Part shown: piece by piece, positions 15,726-22,237 of the stretch
Numbering within the stretch: the first letter of the stretch is position 1
How the letters are laid out: every line of letters starts with the position of its first letter
Assembly: GCA_048885535.1 (NCBI GenBank)
Contig: JBHLLO010000048.1
Coordinates: 1-22,237 of the forward strand
Source of the DNA: Candidatus Hermodarchaeota archaeon
GTDB lineage: Archaea; Asgardarchaeota; Lokiarchaeia; Sigyniarchaeales; SOKP01
Direction: 5' to 3'
DNA: 22,237 bases
Translations under genes and position numbers: made by a program
Notes under the pieces: generated by a model
Database searches by the model: none
What the model was told of the DNA's origin: nothing
What the model saw: the letters and a program-made list of their open reading frames with translations, nothing else

Positions 15726-17666
15726 TTATGGTTTATACCAAAAACTTGTAAGTTGACGACAAATTCGTTTAAAATTTTCCTTGACTGTTTTATCTTCTTC
15801 AGAAATTTGATCTAACATATAACCATTTAATATTTCATAGATCTCATTCTTGTCTTTAGGATTTTTGATAAGAGATCTAATTTTAGAAAAAAAGTAATTA
15901 AATGGAGAAATTATCTCTTTTATTAGCCATTCTTCAAATGAGTTTTGGTCTGCAAAAGAAATGAAATTATAAGTTATAACAAATCTAGCAATATCTACAA
16001 AATCATAATAATTTTCACTAGAAAATAATTTTGGTGAGATATCTATCTTGTATGAATGCAAATCTTTAAAGAGATAATCTTTATTCATACTAATAATATA
16101 ATCGGGCCAGACATCATCTGAAACATTTAAATCTTGAAAAATAAATAACTCTAATACCCTTAATGCAATATTTTTTCCTATATATCTACTTCTTGGATCG
16201 ATAAAATTTTTTGAGGCTTGATTAGGATTACCTCTAATAAAAATCTTATCGATTAAAGTATATAGCATACGACATATATGGTCTACTATGATTGTAAAAG
16301 AAAGAGGTTTATTTTCTGGATTTTCTGTAATTACTCTATTCTCTTGTTCAATTAACTTTAAAATTCTTAGGTTTAGACTTCTCAGGAATGTTTTGAAAAA
16401 TTCATAGTTTATATGATTTATTTGTTTGTTAAAAATTTTAAGAAAAAATAAATCAAAGTTATCAAAGTTGGAAATTGTGGAGAAAAAATCAAGAAAACCT
16501 TGAATATCTTTAATAGTAGATGCATTAATGACATTTTTTATATCTTTATTATACTCATTTAAGTTCTTTTTAAATTCTTCTGGCAAAAATAATAAATCAC
16601 CAACCTCAAAAGCTTCTAAATTTCCACTTCCAAAATAATATTTCATATATAGTAGAAATAAATTAAATTGAGATTTTGGTGATGGTAAGTTATTTGCTTG
16701 AAAGGTGGAATATAAGGTGGATTTCTTATCAATAAAATCAAAGATTTTTATGAGTGAATTTTTCTTTTCTTCAGTATAATTAAAATTTGATAGAAAATCT
16801 CTTTTAATAATATCAATCTTCGAATAAACAGAATCCTCAACACGAGCACAAACGAAATTAAAGAAATCTAATAACGGAGAGAAATTTTGTAATAAATTAC
16901 ATTTCTTATAAAAATAATACAATAAATCTACTAATTTTTCTTTTGCAAAAGGGTATTCATCTAGTGCAATTTGATATAATCTCTCTCTTCCTATTAATAA
17001 TTTAGCATAGTATTCTTCTGGGATTCCCTTATAATGCTTGAGAAAGTAATAAAGAAACATGAAATAATAACTCTCAAACATCTCATCGTTACTATTTTTA
17101 ATCACAATTAGGAAATTAATAGTGCTATTTTTTCCACTTTCTTTTATCACAGCCCCATCTAGAATTATATGGAATTTTTCATTCAATAATTTTCTTAAGA
17201 CAGCACCTAATATTGAAACAATTAAATAGATATATCCAAAAGGAGATGTTACTCCATTAATGTGATTGTTTACTTTCCGTTTTAATTCATCAAAACATTG
17301 TAACTCTTCATTTGATAGATGATAATTATATTCCAAAAATACACTGTCTTCCGAGATTTTTTCTTTACTAATCAATTCTATAGAATTGATGTCGAGACCG
17401 CAAAAGCTTTTTAAAAAATAGATAAAATAATCATGAAATTTCTGATAAAGAAAAGTTCCATAGGTTTTGGTAATTACTCTTCTTTGATTCTTTATTCTGA
17501 ATTCTTCCCATTCAGATATTATCTTTAGTTTAAAATTATTAAATATAACTTTATTTTTCTTTAAGATATCAAAAAAGATATTCGAATTGATTTTAAGAGT
17601 AAATCTTTCTCCCTTAAAATTATCTCCAATTAATTCTAAAATGGTATTTAATTCAGGTTTTTCCAA
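15726..17666 (-). CDS. Hypothetical protein (646 aa, mostly helical, no recognised family)
   Basis: Long ORF with genome-typical composition; TTG start; no motif recognised. Confidence 0.8.
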   Translation of the reverse strand: MEKPELNTILELIGDNFKGERFTLKINSNIFFDILKKNKVIFNNFKLKIISEWEEFRIKNQRRVITKTYGTFLYQKFHDYFIYFLKSFCGLDINSIELISKEKISEDSVFLEYNYHLSNEELQCFDELKRKVNNHINGVTSPFGYIYLIVSILGAVLRKLLNEKFHIILDGAVIKESGKNSTINFLIVIKNSNDEMFESYYFMFLYYFLKHYKGIPEEYYAKLLIGRERLYQIALDEYPFAKEKLVDLLYYFYKKCNLLQNFSPLLDFFNFVCARVEDSVYSKIDIIKRDFLSNFNYTEEKKNSLIKIFDFIDKKSTLYSTFQANNLPSPKSQFNLFLLYMKYYFGSGNLEAFEVGDLLFLPEEFKKNLNEYNKDIKNVINASTIKDIQGFLDFFSTISNFDNFDLFFLKIFNKQINHINYEFFKTFLRSLNLRILKLIEQENRVITENPENKPLSFTIIVDHICRMLYTLIDKIFIRGNPNQASKNFIDPRSRYIGKNIALRVLELFIFQDLNVSDDVWPDYIISMNKDYLFKDLHSYKIDISPKLFSSENYYDFVDIARFVITYNFISFADQNSFEEWLIKEIISPFNYFFSKIRSLIKNPKDKNEIYEILNGYMLDQISEEDKTVKENFKRICRQLTSFWYKP

Positions 17667-17848
17667 AATTAACTCAAATTAAACTAATTTTATTATGCTA
17701 TTATCTAATAACCCTTAATAATATATCAAAAGTATATAAATAAAATGATATTCAAGAAATAAAAATGTTAACTAAAGTAAATCTGAAGTCATAAAAACAT
17801 CATAAATTTATTTAGACTTATTTTAATCACTAACAGATTAAACCTTCT

Positions 17849-18889
17849 CTAATTGAAAATTTTTATTATTTCATCAACTTCAGAATATTTAAGAGGTTTT
17901 TTAACATTATTTCTGTTGAGAATTACAGCTTTTTGATTTTTTGAGGTGAAAGTACCAATTTTACTAGCTTTAATATTATTTTTTTTAAAATAGTCAACTA
18001 AATCAGCTGCATCTTTGTTTTTTATAGAAATTAATAGAGATCCAGATGAAATTGTTCCCATTGGATTTAAATTGAAGATTTTACTTAACTCTAATGGCTC
18101 TGGCAGTATTTCTATTTCCTTTTCATCAATTAGGACACCGATATTAGAGGCAAGCACCATTTCAGCGATACCTGTTGCAAGTCCACCCTCAGTAGGGTCA
18201 TGCATTGCATTGATCTTAAAATTCTGATTGGCTAGGAGAGCATCATTATAGATACTAATACCGGGGTCAAAAAGGTAGTTTTTGCATAATTCAACAAAAT
18301 GTTTACTATATCCTTTCTGATAGAGAAAATTTTCTTTTTCTCTACCAATAATAGAAGTTCCCTCAATAAAAATGCCTTTAGTTAAAATAAGCGCATCATT
18401 TGCTAAAACTCCTGATGATTTTACTAACTTATCCTTTTCAACTTCACCTAACAAAGAGCCTATGACTATGGGTCTATTAATACCGACAGATACTTCAGTA
18501 TGGCCTCCTATTACTGTTATATTTAATGTATCGCAAGTATCATGGATGCTTTTGAAAATTTTCTCTATTAAATCTTCATCAGTTTTTCTTTCAGGTAAAA
18601 GTATAGTTGATTGAAACCATTTGGGAGTAGCTCCAGTGCATACTATATCATTTACATTAACTATTACAGCATAATAACCAATTTCATTTGTAGCAAAAGT
18701 AACAGGATCAGTTTTCGCAACAAGAAATCGATCTCCCATATCAATTACTGCAGCATCTTCACCAAGTTTGGACCCTAAGATGATTCTCTTATCTTTAATT
18801 TCCAAATCAGATACAAAATTCCTCAGAATTCTACTTAAAATTTCATGCTTTAACTTTCCTATGCCAAAAAATCTATTTTCCTTTTTCAT
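17849..18889 (-). CDS. AIR synthase (PurM/HypE/ThiL) superfamily protein
   Basis: GKL, GEDAAVID, KTDPVT, NVNDIVCTGA, IGGHTE, AMHDPTEGGL, ISSGSLL; lacks the HypE C-terminal PR(I/V)C. Confidence 0.88.
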   Translation of the reverse strand: MKKENRFFGIGKLKHEILSRILRNFVSDLEIKDKRIILGSKLGEDAAVIDMGDRFLVAKTDPVTFATNEIGYYAVIVNVNDIVCTGATPKWFQSTILLPERKTDEDLIEKIFKSIHDTCDTLNITVIGGHTEVSVGINRPIVIGSLLGEVEKDKLVKSSGVLANDALILTKGIFIEGTSIIGREKENFLYQKGYSKHFVELCKNYLFDPGISIYNDALLANQNFKINAMHDPTEGGLATGIAEMVLASNIGVLIDEKEIEILPEPLELSKIFNLNPMGTISSGSLLISIKNKDAADLVDYFKKNNIKASKIGTFTSKNQKAVILNRNNVKKPLKYSEVDEIIKIFN

Positions 18890-19081
18890 TTAGCAGCGAC
18901 TCTTATTAGAAGAGAAATCCTTTTTTTAGACATATCACTTAAAAATTATGATGCTAACCAATTGATTCGATATTGTTTAGATTTAAATAAAAACAATATT
19001 TGGTCTTAATTAAATTTAAATAGTTTTAAAATTGTATTTATACATAAAATCAATTTCATAGCCTTAGAGAGACTGAAAAAA

Positions 19082-19570
19082 ATGGGTTTTGGCAAAGCAT
19101 TTGGATTTAGTTTGCTTGCATATATAGGTCTTAATTTCCTTTTTGTAATAATCACGAATACTATAACAGGAGAACTAAATACAATATTCAGTAATATTGC
19201 AGCTAATCCGTTTATTCTGTTCATAATTTTACTTGGTCCCGTTATTGAAACCCCCACAGCAGTTTATCTTTCAATCATAACAGATATGGGATTAGGTCCT
19301 CTTACTATAGGATCAATAGTAGAGTATATTGGATACATTGCAGCTCCACTTGTAGCAGCAATAATCGCTGGGAAGGTAGGTGACAATAAAACAGGGAGTT
19401 TCTTAGGATGGTTTATAGCTACAATTGTTATGGCCATTATAATAATAATTCTAATTATTTTTGGTATATTGGTTGGAATAACTACGTTTGAAGTTTTAAT
19501 TTTAGCAGCAATAAATGGTATCTTTTATAGCGCTTTCGCTTTATTATTTACAAGTACGGAATATTATTAA
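19082..19570 (+). CDS. Hypothetical multi-pass membrane protein
   Basis: About 4-5 hydrophobic helices; AAPLVAAIIAG motif; T-rich tract downstream. Confidence 0.8.
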   Translation: MGFGKAFGFSLLAYIGLNFLFVIITNTITGELNTIFSNIAANPFILFIILLGPVIETPTAVYLSIITDMGLGPLTIGSIVEYIGYIAAPLVAAIIAGKVGDNKTGSFLGWFIATIVMAIIIIILIIFGILVGITTFEVLILAAINGIFYSAFALLFTSTEYY

Positions 19571-19580
19571 TTATTTTAAC

Positions 19581-19869
19581 TTCTACTTTTATTTTAATTT
19601 TTAAACAAAGAAGTATGCCAAATAGGAAAGTAAATATTCGAGACACAAAAGACTGAAGGAACAAATTTTCTTCAATAATTACGCTCTATTTTCAATTTTA
19701 ACGATATTAACCATTTAATATCTCTTTCACTTCGAAATTAATATAAGGTTAACAATAGTATATGTAAAATTCGACTATTATAAGTTGGTGATTTTTGATT
19801 TTGGGAACTCTTTTTGATATAAAGAGCGACACAATTTTGAAAATCATCCTATAGTGAATAAAAGTAGAA
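19581..19869. repeat. 13-bp perfect inverted repeat bounding a 289-bp non-coding segment
   Basis: TTCTACTTTTATT (19581-19593) and AATAAAAGTAGAA (19857-19869); no clear target-site duplication. Confidence 0.35.
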
Positions 19870-19913
19870 CATATATACTTTTTAGCATTGTAAAGGTAAA
19901 GGATTAAAAGAAT

Positions 19914-20186
19914 ATGAGTTCAGGGAAAATAATAGAAAATTTCCAAATTAAAATTAATAATGTTTTAGATTACAGTCCTATTGATATCAATGTTACTTCA
20001 AATCCATTAGTTTCAAAACCTAAGAGAGGTAAAATGGATCTCAAAAATGTACTTTTTAAAATTTATGAAATTCATTGGTTCTTAAAAACTAACTCAGATT
20101 TATCTAACAAGCAAAGATTGGATTATTGTAAGGTGGAAAGAAGCCTAATGATAGAGTATTTAAAGACAATTGTAAATAAAGTCTGA
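19914..20186 (+). CDS. Hypothetical protein (90 aa)
   Basis: ATG-initiated ORF filling the gap, ending 4 nt from the convergent acd-like gene; no motif. Confidence 0.55.
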   Translation: MSSGKIIENFQIKINNVLDYSPIDINVTSNPLVSKPKRGKMDLKNVLFKIYEIHWFLKTNSDLSNKQRLDYCKVERSLMIEYLKTIVNKV

Positions 20187-20190
20187 ATAT

Positions 20191-21618
20191 TTATTGATTT
20201 TTTAGATATTCAATATAATCACAAAATGATGAAATACTATTTGCAGCCTCTCTTAAAGTAAAGAAGTAGAGAACTCGTTCTTTGTGTAAAGTTTTTTTAA
20301 CAGATGAAAATCTTTTTGACACTTCTAAGGAATCTGCTATGCTGGGTAAACATATCGCAAAAGGTTTATCTGTTTCTTTTTGAATTTTTATCATTCGCTT
20401 AAATACATAATTGTAAATAAAATGTGGCCATAAAGGCATAATTAAAATATCAATTTTGGGATCTTCTTTCACAATATCAATACATTTCAAGAAAATATCA
20501 ACTACAAAACCTGAGGCTCCCAAATCTACTGGATTTTTTATATTAACATTTTCAAATGGGAGAATTTTGTTAAGTAGGTTTTGGGATCTCTGAGTTAATT
20601 CTGGTATTATCAAACTGTGAGAAGAAAATAAATCTGTTGAATTTACTGAATAACCTCCACCAGGAGTGATAATTCCTATATTTCTCCCTTTTGGAACATG
20701 TTTTGGGAACAATAACTCATAAGTTTTAATTATGTTCCAAAATTCTTCATTATCCCTTACTAAAGTAGCCCCAGTTTGTTTGGAAATCGTATTCCATAAT
20801 CTTGTATCACTCGCAATAGCACCTGTATGAGAAAATGCTGCGCGAGAACCAGCTTCGGTATAACCGCCTTTCCAAATTATTACAGGTTTGACTCTTGTTG
20901 TTTTTTTAAGTTCTAAGAAAAACTCATTCCCATGACCAGAGCCAAAAGATTCTAGATAAGCAGCAATAATTTGAGTTTTCTCATCTTCTCGGTAATGCCT
21001 TAAAAAATCAATGCAATTTAAATCTATTTGATTACCAAATGATATTCCATATCTAAGCCTTAAATCTCGTTTAGAACTGATTTCTACTAATTGGCTTAAA
21101 TGGCCACCCGACTGAGACATGAAAGAAATAGATCCAGGAGTTACGAAAGGTGAACTAAACGAAAATGCCATTCCAGTCTCTGCATTATAAGGACCTAAAC
21201 AATTGGGACCTATAATCCTTGTTTTAGAGCCTTTGATTATAGTTTTTAGATTCTGTTCTTGTTGTAAACCTTCATTATCACCAGTTTCTGAAAACCCAGA
21301 TGAAAAAATGATTACCCACGGAATTTCTTTTTTTACACACTCACTTAAAACATGAGGAATGATTTTTGTCTTTACAGAGATATAGGCGGTGTCGATAGGA
21401 ACAGGTATATCTAAAACAGATTTATAACATTTCCAACCGAGAATGTTTTCATGTTTTGGATTAACGGGATAAAAATTTGAAGACCATTTTGATTCTTTAA
21501 ACGAATTTAAATATAACATTGATCCAAATCTGGATTGCTCGGAAGCTCCAATAAAAGCTATTGATTTTGGATGGAAAAGAGAATCGAATTTTTCAAAAGC
21601 ATATTCTTCAGAAACCAT
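20191..21618 (-). CDS. ADP-forming acyl-CoA synthetase (acetate-CoA ligase) alpha subunit / CoA-binding protein
   Basis: LFHPKSIAFIGAS, YPVNPK, FSSGFSE, IIGPNCLG, SQSGG, SFGNQID, phospho-His motif AFSHTGAIA, NPVDLG; no ATP-grasp domain. Confidence 0.92.
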   Translation of the reverse strand: MVSEEYAFEKFDSLFHPKSIAFIGASEQSRFGSMLYLNSFKESKWSSNFYPVNPKHENILGWKCYKSVLDIPVPIDTAYISVKTKIIPHVLSECVKKEIPWVIIFSSGFSETGDNEGLQQEQNLKTIIKGSKTRIIGPNCLGPYNAETGMAFSFSSPFVTPGSISFMSQSGGHLSQLVEISSKRDLRLRYGISFGNQIDLNCIDFLRHYREDEKTQIIAAYLESFGSGHGNEFFLELKKTTRVKPVIIWKGGYTEAGSRAAFSHTGAIASDTRLWNTISKQTGATLVRDNEEFWNIIKTYELLFPKHVPKGRNIGIITPGGGYSVNSTDLFSSHSLIIPELTQRSQNLLNKILPFENVNIKNPVDLGASGFVVDIFLKCIDIVKEDPKIDILIMPLWPHFIYNYVFKRMIKIQKETDKPFAICLPSIADSLEVSKRFSSVKKTLHKERVLYFFTLREAANSISSFCDYIEYLKNQ

Positions 21619-21803
21619 TTAGGTAAGAAAAAATTTGAATAATTAAATTTTTTTGGAGTTTTTTAATACAGTTTCTCACTTGTATGAATTTTCATAATTA
21701 AGATTTTACATATTTATGTAAAAAACCAAATTTTTAATGTTAAATATAATTAGACTACACATAATCATTCAAAAAACAATTATTAACAATAGTGAAGAAA
21801 TGA

Positions 21804-22237
21804 ATGGCAAGACCAAGTCCTCTAGATGTTTATGCCCTTCTCGATAAATCAAACTGTAAGGATTGCGGATACGATACTTGTATGGCATTTGCAACTGATT
21901 TACTTGAAAGAAAGATAAGAGTAAAAGATTGTTCTCATTTAATGCAAGTTCCAAAACAAGCAAAAAATCGTGAAAAGTTGATAAAATTAGTTACTCCTCC
22001 TCAAAAATCGGTATCAATTGGAAAGGGGGAACGTGAATGTGTGATTGGGGGAGAAGAGGTATTAATGCGCCACCAACTTACCTTTTATAATCCTACTGCT
22101 CTTTTTATAGAAATTGCTGATGATGATCCTGATATCGAAGATATAACAAAATATTTAGCAGATTTAAGAATTGAAAGGATTGGTGATGTATTAACCCTTG
22201 ATGGAATTGCACTTAGGTGTGTATCTGGGGATGCAGA
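21804..22237 (+). CDS. cdhE: Corrinoid Fe-S protein large subunit (ACDS gamma subunit), 5' part, runs off the window
   Basis: Not in ORF track; manual translation MARPSPLDVYALLDKSNCKDCGYDTCMAFATDLLERKIRVKDCSHL...TPPQKSVSIG...IGGEEVLMRHQLTFYNPT matches the CdhE/AcsC 4Fe-4S N-terminus. Confidence 0.93.
   Translation, partial: MARPSPLDVYALLDKSNCKDCGYDTCMAFATDLLERKIRVKDCSHLMQVPKQAKNREKLIKLVTPPQKSVSIGKGERECVIGGEEVLMRHQLTFYNPTALFIEIADDDPDIEDITKYLADLRIERIGDVLTLDGIALRCVSGDA

Noticed and set aside
17849-18889. HypE or SelD assignment
   Set aside because: Lacks the HypE C-terminal PR(I/V)C and the SelD N-terminal Cys/Sec motif; left as AIR-synthase family.
9891-21963. Small antisense ORFs 9891-10142, 13404-13595, 18015-18227, 18372-18614, 19006-19257, 21769-21963
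   Set aside because: They overlap confident genes on the opposite strand; the last is the shadow of cdhE.

Overview
AT-rich archaeal chromosomal window, most consistent with an Asgard archaeon (Lokiarchaeia/Promethearchaeota-like). This is inferred from the combination of TFB, Gar1, ArcS/RaSEA, TrmY, eS26, roadblock/LC7 proteins and CdhE. Most of it is housekeeping: ahcY (partial), archaeosine synthesis (arcS-raSEA), gar1-tfb, two roadblock-like genes, a divergently arranged Ni/Co ECF transporter (O,Q <- -> M,N), trmY, a CDP-alcohol phosphatidyltransferase, rps26e (missed by the ORF track), a PIN-TPR protein, mobB, an AIR-synthase-family protein, an ADP-forming acyl-CoA synthetase alpha subunit and cdhE (partial). 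Three observations stand out. (1) A tandem Lrp/AsnC regulator carries a single TATA-binding-protein repeat inserted between its two Lrp units. (2) An unannotated ~280-nt minus-strand region looks like a polycistronic guide-RNA cluster: one long-spacer box C/D RNA followed by two K-turn hairpins each ending in ACA. (3) There are recurrent apparent ATT start codons (rps26e, ECF ATPase, possibly tfb). No tRNA, rRNA, CRISPR array or transposase was seen. All calls come from manual reading and motif recognition; no database search or folding program was run.
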